DNA from: Eledone cirrhosa
Lineage: Eukaryota
Assembly: GCA_964016885.1 (NCBI GenBank)
Contig: OZ024742.1
Span: 50,716,001 to 50,780,000, forward strand
DNA: 64,000 nt
Direction of reading: 5' to 3'
In this document: one piece after another, positions 1-12,791 of the stretch
Numbering within the stretch: the first letter of the stretch is position 1
Layout: each line of letters starts with the position of its first letter
Translations under genes and position numbers: made by a program
The notes under the pieces: model-generated
The model's input: the letters and a program-made list of their open reading frames with translations, nothing else
Database searches by the model: none
What the model was told of the DNA's origin: nothing

Positions 1-48
1 AAACATCTTTGGCGTAAATATGCATTACAACAGGAGGAACATAATAGC

Positions 49-90
49 ACCACTGACGATGTTGCAGATGTGCAACGAAAGCACTTTGTT
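49..90 (+). ncRNA. Minimal type I hammerhead ribozyme (PLE pseudo-LTR type), slightly decayed
   Basis: acca-CUGACGA-u-guugca(gaug)ugcaac-GAAA-gcac-UU-uguu: canonical core, perfect 6-bp stem II, stem I 3 of 4 paired, short stem III. Confidence 0.7.
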
Positions 91-104
91 AGACTGTATA
101 TATG

Positions 105-325
105 TGTTTATATCTATATTATATCAGTATTTTTGACTGTTGGTCAGTCAATGGTAAACATTGAGGAGCTAATGAATTAACTGATATTAAAGATACACAA
201 GCGAAAACCAACCAATCAGTGTGTTATTAATTCTGGCAATATTATTACAACAATATGACCCTCCCCAAATATAACAATATTTGTTTCGACACACGATTTC
301 ACATCCAAAACCTCGCTAACCTTAT
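105..325 (+). repeat. Dispersed repeat, probable PLE terminal (pseudo-LTR) sequence
   Basis: Reverse-complement similarity to 57425-57605, 62380-62490 and 37195-37290 (3' end of the 37-39 kb PLE); lies just downstream of the HHR at 49-90. Confidence 0.6.
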
Positions 326-1704
326 GAACAAAAATAGCAATTCCGTTTATTTTACACGGATACCGTCGCATTATAATTAATTATGAAATGAAAAGTGCTT
401 TGTTTTCCAAACTTTCATTTCGGAAATAACAAACAAATTATGAAATTATAAAATAAGTGTTTATCGTGCAATTAATATTCACACTCGATACCAATAACTG
501 CGTTTTTCCCTTTTGATCTCATACATGAAATAATGGTAAATCTAGAACAATCTTTGACTCTTTACGTTGCCTTTAGAATATGACTACATCTTATATGTTT
601 GTTTGGACACATATTTCAAGTACACCAATGAATTAAGTTCAATAGTGTAGTAATTCATTTAGTGGTCACCAATGTGTTTGAACAGAGAACAATGGACTTG
701 AATAAATATTCCACAGAATATTAAAGGTCTTCGGTGAAACTATGCTATATGATGAGGAATACTTTTAATTTGATTTCACTGCCATCAATGATTAATGAAT
801 ACATATTCGTCAATGTGATAGCCATGATTGTATTCTCTCACAATATTTATAAATTTGCTGTGAACTCAACAATGCAGATACAATATGTTCGTTGATAGAG
901 AGTACATTTTCCCCCTATATTTTCTTTCTTTTTATCAATTGAACTTTATATTTCCGGGTTTGTTTGAACGGTGTTCAAAAAATACACGGCGCCGTCAAAT
1001 ATTAACTGAATGAACAAATAAATATATCTTGGCAATGTATAATATTCTTTTTAAAGAACTGGATTGTGTTCCACGTACAGTTATATATCTGATTAGTGTT
1101 TGGGATAATAATTAAGAGGAAATAGTCGACGAATGTTTTCGAAACGTATGTAATTTCAGGGAATTTTTGTTTGCCTTTGTTTTGTGACATACTCCAGGAG
1201 ACTGTTTGACTTCTCTGTTGGAGACTGTGAAACCGAATGCACCTGCAGTATCTTCGGCAGGGTTTGAAACTTTGTTCGTCTATTTCGACAGCCGATGGCT
1301 GCTCAGTACTTAATATCTGTAGATAATTTGTTCCATAGATACACAAAGCGACTTGCAATAGTATGATCTTGTAAATCTATTAGAATAGTTTAATTTCTCC
1401 ATTAACATCCCGCTTCTTTTACACAACAAGGCCAGGTGCAGCGACTTAATTTCAAGCCACTGGCAGAATCACAAATACATAGCTAACTACTGCCAGCATT
1501 TCGGGTCCCTGGAAAATACCCTATTTTTCCTTGTGTTCTTTTCTCTACAAACGCCCTGAAGATCTTATCCCAATTCTGAGTGTTCATAAAACTGACTGTG
1601 GGAATATGGATTTATTGGCATAACTGATATTAACAGTTTGACACTAACTTATTAATTGGTAGTTATTGATTGTATTAATGTTAATGATAAGCATAATTAA
1701 TTTG

Positions 1705-3190
1705 CTCGATGCTAGTCGAAAGCTTTCGATTGGGCCAAATTAATCAGTGCCACACAAAAGATATCTTTACTCACTATCCTCTCTATCATATATCGCATGA
1801 TGTGGAGGTTATCGTGTATGGACCTCGTCGGGATTCTGCAGGTCTGCGCCTCCACTACATGACTCTTTACGGCAAGCGACAACCTCGTTCTTAACACTTT
1901 GGCTAACATTTTACCCTCGGTCTTAAACTGTGTTATATGGCGGAAATTATCAGTAACTACCCCTTCGTTCTCCTCGATCTTCACCGGTTTTACTACACTT
2001 CGACTCAGAGAACTGGAAATTCTCCCGTTCTGCTGTATGTTGCAGTAGACAGGTTCAATGTAATCGGAGAACCTTTCCAGCGAGTCTACCAAAATCTCAT
2101 GGGGCAGACCATCAAAATAAATTGATCTACACCGATCAGAGATTCATGTATTTCTGCTATTGTTACTGGTTTTGTGAAACGCACATCACCAATTGGCGAG
2201 AGTTGTGACAGGCTGTTGATGTAGTTGCTGTACTATCTCCGACTGACTACCTGCCTCGAACATTCGTGCAAATGCTGCGAACAGCTGCACTCTTTTGCAT
2301 GTAATTGAGCTGCACGTGCCCGGCAAATATCGAATTGTAGATTTAATGCCATGCAGTGCCCGAGGCATTCGGTCCATCGAACAGCTTTCATTCCCTCATT
2401 TCATAGTGACGCTGTGTTAACTCAGACAATGAAACCTTTATTGATGATCTGGGCGAGTGGTATTGTCCCAACAAGCCAGCCCGTTGCAATGCCACTCATA
2501 ATCGACTCTTCTTATTTAGCTACTAACTCCCTCACATTGCTTTTTTCCTGTCGCTCCTTTCCTAAATGGCATTAATTGTACTCTAATCGCTCTCTTGAGA
2601 GTGCTCCACTACCTGTCGACTGGGACTCAACTGATTTGCCAATCTGGCCGATGTAGGTTTTCGCGTCGTATCCCTGATTGGGTGATCTAGATGAGCCTAT
2701 GCTATAGGTCAAGCTCAATACAGGTGCATTCCGGAAATCTAGTCGCCACTTGCTGGATAGTTGGCCCTACTGTCAGATACTGTTACACAGTATCAGCCTG
2801 CGTCTAACATGTCATTCCATTCCCCCGCTGACAGTATGACAGTAAAGAGTGAGATATTCCTAGAAAGGCGTCCAGACCTCTGAAGAAATCCAACCGTCCT
2901 GACAGGCAACTACCTGTCTAAAAGAACCAAAGCAATTGCTCAGATATTGACCACCATCCTACTGCCAGAGTCGACTCTGCAGATCATCTGTATCTCGAAA
3001 CCCACGCTTACCACCCATTTCAGGCCGACTGAAGCGTTAAAATGGGGGAAATAGTGCGATTGTCGGATACACATGTCTTGATGAATGCCATCACATCTAT
3101 AGCTTGAGACCTGAGGTCGTTGAGAAAGCGACAATTCTTCCAGGCCAATCAAAGGCTACGTACATGTATTCATGGAACTCTTAGAATTGA
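1705..3190 (-). mobile_element. L1/Tx1-clade LINE relic (endonuclease-RT ORF2, fragmented)
   Basis: ORF 1712..2092 has RT N-terminal motifs (DNFRHIT..EGKMLAKVL..AQTCRIPTRSIHDNLHIMRY..LINLAQSKAFD); similar to 62590-64000; multiple stops upstream. Confidence 0.75.
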
Positions 3191-3199
3191 AATGTTGAC

Positions 3200-4500
3200 T
3201 GGATAGAGTGAAGAAAGTACAAATGAATAGCGGGTTAGTAGTTTGTTATCCATATATAGTTGGGGTAACTCTGGTAACCCCTTTCAATGCCCTATTCCTT
3301 TCATTTGCATTCGGGATCACATATGCTTTTCTATGCCTGTAGGGACATAGTGTCGTGTTTTGGTATTTGAATGTGCCTGTGCCAAATATTTCGTCCCCTG
3401 TCTTGATGTCCTCTCTTTGTGCAAAATGAATATCATATGTTGATTTGCACTCTTCACTATCACAAACTTATGTGTTTGTGTGTTTGCTCCTTAATTTGAG
3501 TGACTCTGCTTTTGTTGTTGCATGTTTCCTTTTATGGATTATTGAATTTGTATTACTGTTGGTGACCTATATGTGGTGTTTATGTTACCGAATGTGGTTT
3601 TGGTATTGTAGTTGCTGAAATATAAGTGGGTGTGTCTGGTGTTTGGTGTGAGTGTGTTTTGTTGATTTTTCTGGACTGGGCGTCGTTGTGTCCGTAGGAA
3701 TATTGCAGGATGTTTTTTAATTTTATTTTTTATGTTTCTTGCTCAGAAACGAGAAAATTTCTGAGTCTGAGGCACTTGACTTAGATGGTGGTTGTGGTGT
3801 GAGTGTATGATGGACTGTGTGAATGTGTGTGTGTAGGTTTGGATGATGAGTAGAGGGAGAGCTGTGTTGAGAGGCCCCTTGGAAGATTTCTATGGCTCTT
3901 GATTGTTGATGGGGATGATGGTTCTGTGGCTTCATTTTTGGAATTTTCATCCAGGATGACCCCAACCTATGACAATTTATAAACAATTTTCTTAGATTTC
4001 CAACGGTGGCTGGTTTAGTAAAAGAAAAAGAAAGTGGGGGGGGTACTTATACCCCGGATGCTGTTGGGCATCGGGTGGTCTCCTTTGGAAACCACATTAA
4101 AATCATAATCGTGGCCGTTATAATACGAGTTTGCACGTCATGGGGGAGGCTCTCCCCGATGATCTTGTAGGCACCTAGAGATATTCGCATCATTATTAGT
4201 GTTTCAGGCATCTAAAAAATGCTAGTTGCGATAATATCCACCTCTCCCTCTATATCCTCATTTCGTATTGAGGGACATTAATATTTTATTTACCCTCCTT
4301 GATAACACAATGTTTGATGTAAATGCTATTGTTTACTATAGGATTTGTGTGTTTATGTGTTTTCGTTCAGTTTCGATTGGTTGTGATTTTAATAGGCTTG
4401 GTGTTGGTGTCGATGGTGGTTGTGTTGGCAGTTGTGGTGCTTGTTGAGATGGACTTGTTGCAGATGTGTTTGTGTTGGCTCTGGGGGAGTGATCAGTATT
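3200..4500 (-). mobile_element. Possible decayed ORF1/5' region of the adjacent LINE
   Basis: Minus strand is A/C-rich with P/S/T/H-rich broken frames (e.g. ORF 3723..3986) directly upstream of the ORF2 relic; no diagnostic motif. Confidence 0.25.
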
Positions 4501-4507
4501 TAATATA

Positions 4508-4691
4508 TCAGACAGTATTTTTATGTAATAAGGTTACCTTTCCGAGGCAGTCCCATCTAAAGTCAAGTAAACGGACAGAAATTATATTTTCATAGCCGAA
4601 ATCATCGGCTATGAAAACATCTTTTCTGTCTATTCACTTGTCTTTAAATTGCCTAGAAAACGTAAAGATATTATATAAAGATGCTGTCTGA
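4508..4691. repeat. About 180-bp imperfect fold-back (MITE-like)
   Basis: Centre ttttcatagccga-aatca-tcggctatgaaaa; outer arms tcagacagtatttttatgtaata / tattatataaagatgctgtctga. Confidence 0.85.
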
Positions 4692-4857
4692 GGGTTTCGC
4701 GTGAACTGTTACGTGTTTGAACAATTACAGAGTCAAGATATCATTGAAATATGCATCACAGCTTTGTTAATAAAGAACTCTTTTACATCTACACCGAACT
4801 TCGCATTTTCTATATTCTATATATGTAAACGTAAATGCGGTTAGTATTCACTCACGA

Positions 4858-4859
4858 AC

Positions 4860-4890
<31 letters not shown>

Positions 4891-4995
4891 AGGGAGGGGT
4901 ATGTGTGTCTGTGTGTATGTGTGTGTGTGACAGAGAGAGAGTGTGTGCGTGGGGGATGTATCTTTGCCTGTGTTTGTATATATATATATATATAT

Positions 4996-5028
<33 letters not shown>

Positions 5029-5115
5029 CGTTATTCCGGGTTGTATGTATATATATATATACATACATATATATATATATGTGTTTATATTTATATGTGT
5101 ATGTATTTATATATA
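4858..5115. repeat. Compound (TA)n/(GT)n microsatellite
   Basis: Direct reading; source of spurious YI/CV ORFs. Confidence 0.95.
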
Positions 5116-7082
5116 CATTTTACTCTTATAATACTGATGACAATTAGATACTGGTTTTATTGTTCCAACCATAGGATATAGGAGATTCTTCGTTAATTTT
5201 TTAATTACCACCGGCTTACGCCAACGTTAATCGGATTCGTTATCCACGCAATCTAGTAAATAACTCGAGAAATACAATACAATTATTTTGTAGAGAAATC
5301 TATCAAATTAATGACCCGAATGAATAGGATGAAACAATATTTCATTGACGTGTGATTGCGTTGGTATATGTCAAACCGTATAAGCATAGATCAGCTTATA
5401 ACAAATATATAGAATATCTTCAATCACAAATTGAAGTTATTATAAAAGATTAAATCTAGGATAATACGTACATTGAAGACTTCGTTTCGAGAAATGATAT
5501 CGTGTCGATCGCATTGCTGTAGCCGCTTTTCAGATTTGGTTGCTCAGATCAGAAATACATTCATCAGAAATTCATCCATGAAGATGAAATATTTAATTCT
5601 TTTCTCATTTTGGTGTATATGTTCATCCAAGCAAAATATGAGCACAGTTATTTGAACCATTATAATCCGGAGACACTATTTCTAAATGCACCTCATACAA
5701 TGTGTGATTTCATGGAGATTTATTTGCTAATATTCTTTTGTCCGACAATCACTTACAAACCTTTCTCCTTGGTGTGAATTTCCCAGACATAAGTTACAAA
5801 ATTATAAAATGCGCACTTTATTACTTCTTTATAACCTGTCCGGGATGACTTTATGGCTATAATTCTTTGGTTGATAAGTATGTTTCTCCGTAGAAACTCA
5901 GCTGTGTGATTTCATCATTGTCTTTGTAGAAAGAGCTCCTAGAATAAAAATCATACTAAATGTATCATTATTCTAACACGCTCAGCTGAAGGAAATACAT
6001 TTTAGTCGATATTTCCCGTAGATTAGACGATAAAGTAATGGTTGCTCTATTGCATTCAGTATGAATTAGAACATATTTTGAAATATTGATATGTATATAA
6101 TGTAAACACCAGCGAGATTAGGGCATATAATAACACTCGGGAAGATCGCCGTCCGCAGTTATAAGCACAGACAAGTACGGCCTGTGAAAGATAAGGATCA
6201 AAAGTGAGAGTGAGAGGGGACGCGCGTGAAAAAGAGGAAGAATATAGAGGGAAAAGTGAGAGATATTGAAAGAATGAAAGGCTAAGTTGACGTTGGCGGA
6301 ATTTGATGTGAAACCGCTGAGTGCTGAAAAAACCCCAGGAAGCATTCTGTCTCATATTCTAATGATTCAGCTGATTCGCTGTGTTTACGTGACACAAATA
6401 AAAGTAATACATGTGTGACGTTTCATTCGCTGTAAACTTAAATATTTGTAATTTTATAAGTACTTACTAATATTAGAAAAAAAATGCTTCACATGGTAAT
6501 GAGAAAAGTGAGTTGTTCAAACACAAATAACTATTTAATATAAATTCCTTTACTAACAAAACCAAAGGAAACATATCTAGAGCCAGCATATAGAAATTTA
6601 ACAAAGGATTCGAATATAGAAATGTGTTATAATTTGTATTTATCATGGATGTCTGGATAAAAAGTTCTGAGGTTCATAGTTACAAAAGAAACTGAAAAAA
6701 TGTTCCAAAAATCTTTTTGATGCTGGTTAACAGGAATATTAATATATGTACTAGTGTACTGAAAGAAATCATTATAGAAATAGCCAGCAGCATCCAATTT
6801 ATTGCTGAAAAAAATTGACTATTAAATAAGTGTTAGAGAATTTTATCGAAAAACTTCTTTTCAGATTGTTTTCAGGTTTGTATTTCCCCAAAAAACATTT
6901 GCATTTATTTATAGCACATTAAAATTTTGCAGTGCGATATTTTTTTCCCGATGCTAAGAACTGAGAAATGTGTTTCTATCATTCGTTCAAATGTATGCAA
7001 CAGAAATATATAAATTTCATAATTTCACAGAAGACAGAAAATACTCTGGAATTTTCAAGAAATGCGAGTGAATTTGCAGGAG

Positions 7083-7141
<59 letters not shown>

Positions 7142-7144
<3 letters not shown>

Positions 7145-7273
7145 CGAAGGAAATGTGGTAAGGAACCAGGTGGACCATAACGCACCAAAGTACTCAATAC
7201 TTGGGGTAGTAGAGTGGCGTCCAGAATTAGCCGTCGAAACGGCTTGAGCTCAGCCGTCGGGGTCTTACTGGTT

Positions 7274-7276
<3 letters not shown>
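7142..7276 (+). mobile_element. Solo PLE terminal fragment carrying the 3' half of a hammerhead, between two (TA)n tracts
   Basis: agccguc-GAAA-cggcu(ugagcuc)agccg-UC-gggg matches 9844-9881; related copies at 34401-34470 (-) and 61141-61253 (+). Confidence 0.7.
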
Positions 7277-7309
<33 letters not shown>

Positions 7310-7326
7310 CTTACACACACATAGAC

Positions 7327-7399
<73 letters not shown>

Positions 7400-7402
<3 letters not shown>

Positions 7403-7879
7403 TTATTATATATATAAAAGCTAATGCTTTTACGATTCCCAACCGAATTTGACCAAATTTTATTTGCACGTTGCACCTTTCCCTAAGATGGTCACATCAC
7501 AAACATTTTTCAAATCGACCCACGTTGAGCAATAAAACATCGATAGCAAATTTATTCGTTTGCATTAATTATCGGTGGATTGGCAGTATCGGTAGAGGGT
7601 CGGACGCCATGCTTTCCAGCATAGTTACGTCCCTTTACGATCTGAGTTCAAATCCCGCCGAGGTTGACTTTGCCTTTCATCCTTACGGGGTCGATAAAAT
7701 AAAGTACCAGTAATGCACTGGGTATTTGCTGGCCTTGTGCCAAAAGTAGAAACAATTAATTATTGAAGACTTCTGCTTATTTTGACAGGGTGGGGACAAA
7801 TAATGTTCTTCTTTTACTTCTTAGCTGTATTTTCTTAGCATAATTTCAAACCCCGGGCAACGTCAGGTAAATCTGCTGG
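7400..7879 (+). mobile_element. Short non-autonomous Helitron (SINE inserted inside)
   Basis: 5' A|TC..tatatataaaa like 12797-12820; 3' aaaccccgggcaacgtcagg..ctgCTGG|T like the Helitron end aaaccccgagcaacgccagg..ctgCTAG|T at 18473-18505. Confidence 0.65.
7574..7757 (+). mobile_element. tRNA-derived SINE (octopus-type), full length
   Basis: A-box-like tggcagtatcggtag, B-box gagttcaaatcc, core gcctttcatccttacggggtcgataaaataaagtaccag; flanking attaattat duplication; many copies in window. Confidence 0.9.
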
Positions 7880-8011
7880 TATATATAAATATATATTCAA
7901 TTAACACTTAGAATGTAATATTCTATCATACTATTTCATTATAATACCATTATAAATTTTAAAGGATTGTAAATAAAACGAGTAAATCAGACAAAGTTGG
8001 AATTCCTCTTA

Positions 8012-8064
<53 letters not shown>

Positions 8065-8547
8065 ATATATATATACATATGTACACTCTGACACACACAT
8101 AGACATATATATATACATATATATATAGAGAGAGAGGGGGGAGTGAAAAAGAGAGAGCCAACCGGTTTTGTACTTAACACTTGAGATAGTAGAGTATGAC
8201 TATATTATAACAAATCGAAACTAGCTGTTTCAACGGCAAGAGTTCGACCGTCGGTTGCCTACCGTTTATGATATAGATGTACACAAGCATAATCATGCTT
8301 TCGTCTCTAGATAGGTTTTCTGTTTGTTATCACATCGTACCACTATCCGTGGAGTTATAAATGGTCAACTGGTAGTTAATAACGGTAATGTATAGACTTT
8401 GAACATTGATTGAATTATGGATCTACATTTATAACGACTGTTGTATTTGTTGTCTGATTCTTTCCCTGCGTTGGCTTCCACACATGCGTATCGTTGAACT
8501 TCGGATGTATCTTAGTTACTTATCTGTGCTTGTACGCTTACGCATAC

Positions 8548-8668
<121 letters not shown>

Positions 8669-8779
8669 TAGCAGATTCAAGTTTAAGCATTTATCATTAT
8701 TATATCTAATGTAAATCTGAAGTTTTCGAATATCTATATATTACTAAAAGTCTGTGATTGCTTACTTTCTTGCTTCCTT

Positions 8780-9889
8780 GTCTGTAATGTCATTACAGAC
8801 AACGTGAGGACGGACACCTCCAACAAAGCTTATATAGGATTAACCGTGTGTGACTTCGAGACCCGTCTCTACCAACACCGATATACTTTCCGAAACCCGG
8901 TCCAGCGACATGCCACTACACTTTCGGGCCACATCCGGGACCTCCAAGTTAATAATATAACCTACAATATCACATGGAGCTTACTGTCCAGAACTAACTC
9001 TTACACGGGAGGACGCCGTCCGTGTAACTTATACTAGGAGGAAATGCTGTTTTCGAAGGACCAACTCCTAAACAAGACAGACGAATTGGTAACCGCATGC
9101 AAAAACAGATTGCGTAGGCCTTACCTCGCCCGCAAACCCTATAACGACCCCAACACACACACACTTGCCGAATAAGTTAGATGTATCTATTTTCTTTTCC
9201 TGTTTGTCTTGTTCCTCCCCCTGTCTCATCCTATCACTTCCTACCATCCCCTATTTTCTTCCTCGTCTGTTTTTCCCCTTTGGCTTACCCCGATGCAGCC
9301 CATCGGGGCTTGTAGCATCAGTTACCCCACCCCTGTAATTTTAAGTTAGAATTGGCCGAATACGTTTTACTTATAGCAGATGTGTTAAACCCATTTAATT
9401 TTGTATCAGTTTTGTAATTTCTACAAGTTTTTTCTATTCACAACTTATTAACCTATAATTGTAAAATAGCATTGTGATTTTTTTAATTCATTTCTCACTA
9501 TCTAATGTTATATATTTTTTTATTTATTTCTAGTATCTTTTGTTGTCTCCTACTCTCATTCGATTTACCTATCCTATAACCTACCTCCTCCACTTCATAA
9601 CTATCCTTAGAATCTGCTGTACACATATCACTTTCAACGCTTGACCGCTCCACTCACTCCTCTATTGTTCTACAGGCAAGTTCAGCCACCCCTACCTCAC
9701 ACCAAATGCCATGATAGATTATTTGTGTTTACAACACATTTTAACCAATCCCCTTGACAACTACAATCTTCCCATATAAGGAAGTACCCCTTTGACAAGT
9801 TCGGCTATTTATTCACCAGGCTAATAATTCTAATTTAGTTCAGAAATAGCCGTCGAAACGGCTTGGGCTCTGCCGTCGGGGCCATACTT

Positions 9890-9893
<4 letters not shown>
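8780..9893 (+). mobile_element. 5'-truncated Penelope-like element: GIY-YIG fragment plus 3' UTR/pseudo-LTR
   Basis: ORF 8804..9037 KAYIGLT..FETRLYQHRYTF..TTLSGHI..ITWSLL..PCNL followed by LLNKTDELV; ends in HHR then (TA)n. Confidence 0.8.
9788..9881 (+). ncRNA. Type I hammerhead-like motif with U3-A8 core and extended stem II
   Basis: cccu-UUGACAA-guu-cggcuauuu(33 nt)aaauagccg-uc-GAAA-cggc(uugggcucu)gccg-UC-gggg; 9-bp stem II, 5-bp stem III, GUC cleavage triplet. Confidence 0.65.
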
Positions 9894-9936
<43 letters not shown>

Positions 9937-9944
9937 CTGTTCTA

Positions 9945-12025
9945 TATTTTTGAGACGAGGAATTATTTACATTATATATATTGGACGGATAGGTGTCCTC
10001 ATCTTCTTTGTTGTTAACACAACGTTTCGGCTGATGTACTCTCCAGCCTTCATCAGGTGTCCTAATGATGTTATTATTTCTTCAGGTCACTGCCTAGAAT
10101 TGTACTCGGAATCTTGAGGTTAGTAGCCCGCTTTTTAAATACTTTTTTTCCTCTTGAATTTTTTTCTTTTTTTTTTAAGGCTTATAAACTGATATTTTTC
10201 TATCCTTCCTCACTACCGGTTCCCATATACTACTCATATCTGCACTAGGTCTGCTTAGGAGGTTATTGTGTCCTAGCATATGTGCTGCCTCTTTTAGTTT
10301 TCGTGTTTTCCAGTGGTGTTCTCTGTCTATTATTTTAACTTCATCCAGCAGGGGAAGGTGATTTCCCTTTTTTCCGTACATGATCAGCTATACCAAATTT
10401 ATCGATCTCTCCTCGTGTCACAGCTTTACAATGTTCTTCTTATTTTGAGGGGGCGGCCTGTTTCGTCTTTGTATGACCTACCACAAATGCATGGGATGGA
10501 GTACACGCAGTCTTTGGTCATATTCTATTCTATTCGTGGTTCTACTCGAAGGAGATATTTGCAAAGTTTTGTATTACTCTTGAATATTGTCCTGATGTCA
10601 TATGGATCGCACATCTTTTGTCTCTTTTCTGAGAGGCATTTTACATAGGTTAGACAGACTGTGGTCAATATTTGGGTTTCATCCTCTCTCCACTTCCTAA
10701 TTGGAGAGGATAGTATGTTTTTTGGATAGTCGTTGCTTAACAAATTATTACTTAGCTTGATCATTTATTCGTGGTGTGTATCAGGATCGCTACTTATATT
10801 CTTTGCTCGATGTTTTAGGCACTAAACCATCCCTCTTTTTACACTGTATGGATGGTGGGAATTGTAGTTGAGATATCGTCCAGTGAAGGTTGGCTTGCGG
10901 TACGGATGTCTTGAACCCATACTCAGTGCGTGTAATTAATACATCCAGGAATGCTAGCTGATTTTCTTTTTCATTTTCCCTTGTGAACTGTATGGATGGC
11001 TTTATTGAATTCACATGATCTAGCAGTACTTGAACCTCTTCTTGGTGGGGCCAGAGTATGAAGGTGTCATCAACATATCGCCATAGAATTGGCTTTAGTG
11101 GTGTTGATCCTAAAACTTAATTCTCAAAGTATTCCATGTATAGATTGGTTATTATTGGTGATAATGGCGAACCCATAGCTAAACCCCCTCGTGTCGATAT
11201 ATATCAGTGTCCATGCTGAGGTAGGTAGTTTCGAGACAGAAGTTCAACATTTCTATCAAGTTTCCCATTGGTATACTAGTGCGTTCTTTTCAATAGGTGT
11301 CTGTCACTAGTTCTTTCTTGAATCACTGATAGTGCTTCATTAGTTGGGACTTTGGTGAACAGACTTACCATAATTAGACTCACCATCTGGTTGGATCCAA
11401 TGGGGGTATCCTTCATCAATTCTGTGAATTGGGTTGAATTCTTCACATACGATGTTGACTTACCTGCTAATGGACTGATCATATCCATAAGGAAGCGGCT
11501 CAGTGGATGACATGCCGAACTATGGGTTTTAATGGAATACCATCCTTGTGAATCTTAGGGGAACCGTACATGTGTGGTAGCTTACTGTAGTGTTGGGTCA
11601 GTTGTATGTACTCCTTTGGTATGAAGTGATCTTTGTTCTTGATTAAGACCTGTGACAACTTCCACTCTGTTTTCAGAGTTGGGTCTTTATTTACTTTGCT
11701 GTAGCTACCATCACTGATGAGACTTGCCAACTTTCAGTACTAAACAAAGGTCTCAACTTTGCGACAACCATCAATAACATTCCATACTTGGACATAATAG
11801 CCCCTATTGAATAGATAGCGACAAGGATATCAACATCTCAGGGAGATGAACTAAGGTGGAAAGTGAGACAGTTACTAGAGAAAGCGAAACTTCCCAAACC
11901 AAACATCACTAGGGAAGAAAAGTTCGCTATCAAAACACTACAGAGCGACAATTCCATCATAATACTTCCAGCGGACAAGGGAAATGGAACGGTGGTGATG
12001 AACAAGTCTGAGTACTCTGAAAAGT
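9945..12025 (-). mobile_element. Penelope-like element (RT + GIY-YIG, degenerate) with an inverted 5' segment at 11731-12023
   Basis: Minus ORFs: YGSPKIHKDGIPLKPIV, VSLFTKVP, IQFTRENEKENQLAFLDVLI, RKLKEAAHM; plus-strand 11731-12023 encodes LNKGLNFA..ILPADKGNGTVVMNKSEYSEK, which joins LASLISDG on the minus strand. Confidence 0.9.
10017..10060 (-). ncRNA. Minimal type I hammerhead ribozyme in PLE pseudo-LTR
   Basis: acac-CUGAUGA-a-ggcugg(agaguaca)ucagcc-GAAA-cg-UU-gugu; perfect stem I, palindromic ACGU stem III. Confidence 0.85.
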
Positions 12026-12026
12026 A

Positions 12027-12791
12027 CTCATTGGCTGTGACCTCTTCAGACAGTCCGAATTGGTGTGGGAAAGACAGGTACACATGTTGTTGTATTGTGT
12101 TTTACTCCGTCAATACATCGATATGTCCAGCTCCTGGTTGTGTTGTTATTTCTCTGAGGAATTGGAATCATATGGGTTAGAACAAACGAATTTCGGCATC
12201 ATAGGACACGCTCGCATCGCATTGGTCAGAATTGTAATTCATTACACGTTTCGATTCTGACACACAGCTTTTCAACTTCAGTTAATATTTTTCTAATCTT
12301 TCAAATTTTGATATTGGTTGTAACACACACGCATTTTTTATTTGTTCGGCACCCCCCACACTAGAAGTGGTGGCAGTATAGATGCCAACATACACACACA
12401 CATTCTTCTGAACATAGCTACAGCACACTAACGCTGACCTGCCAGCTGATCCCTTAACACAACTACCACTACCAACACAATGGAGGAGGTCTTAAACAAA
12501 AACAACTACAACAGATTGTCTTGCCCCAGAAAAATGTCTATAGACTGAGGAATGTTCTCACAGCTGACCAATGGGATGCGAGCGTGTCCTATGATGCCCA
12601 AATTCGTTTATTCTAACTTATATGATTCCACTTGCCCAGAGAAATAACAACACAACCATGAGCTAGACATATCGATGTATTGACGGAGTAAAACACACTT
12701 CAACAACATGTGTACCTGTCTTTTCCACAAAAATTCGGACTGCCTGAAGAGGTTACAGCCAATGATGGCTGTCACAGAAATATATATAGCA
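12027..12791. mobile_element. Inverted pair of about 200-bp PLE pseudo-LTRs (12027-12229 minus; 12564-12791 plus)
   Basis: ctgaccaatg..gatgcgagcgtgtcctatgatgcc..attcggactgYctgaagaggtYacagccaatga present in both orientations; minus copy truncated within the HHR stem II loop. Confidence 0.8.
12741..12791 (+). ncRNA. Minimal type I hammerhead ribozyme
   Basis: ugc-CUGAAGA-gguuacagcc(aaugau)ggcugucaca-GAAA-uauaua-UA-gca; same family as 35466-35521. Confidence 0.75.

Noticed and set aside
6180-6425. Promoter-like region with TGACG/ACGTG motifs and GA-rich tract
   Set aside because: Short motifs expected by chance; no supported gene start
7574-7670. tRNA gene (A and B boxes)
   Set aside because: It is the head of a multi-copy SINE; no acceptor stem or cloverleaf
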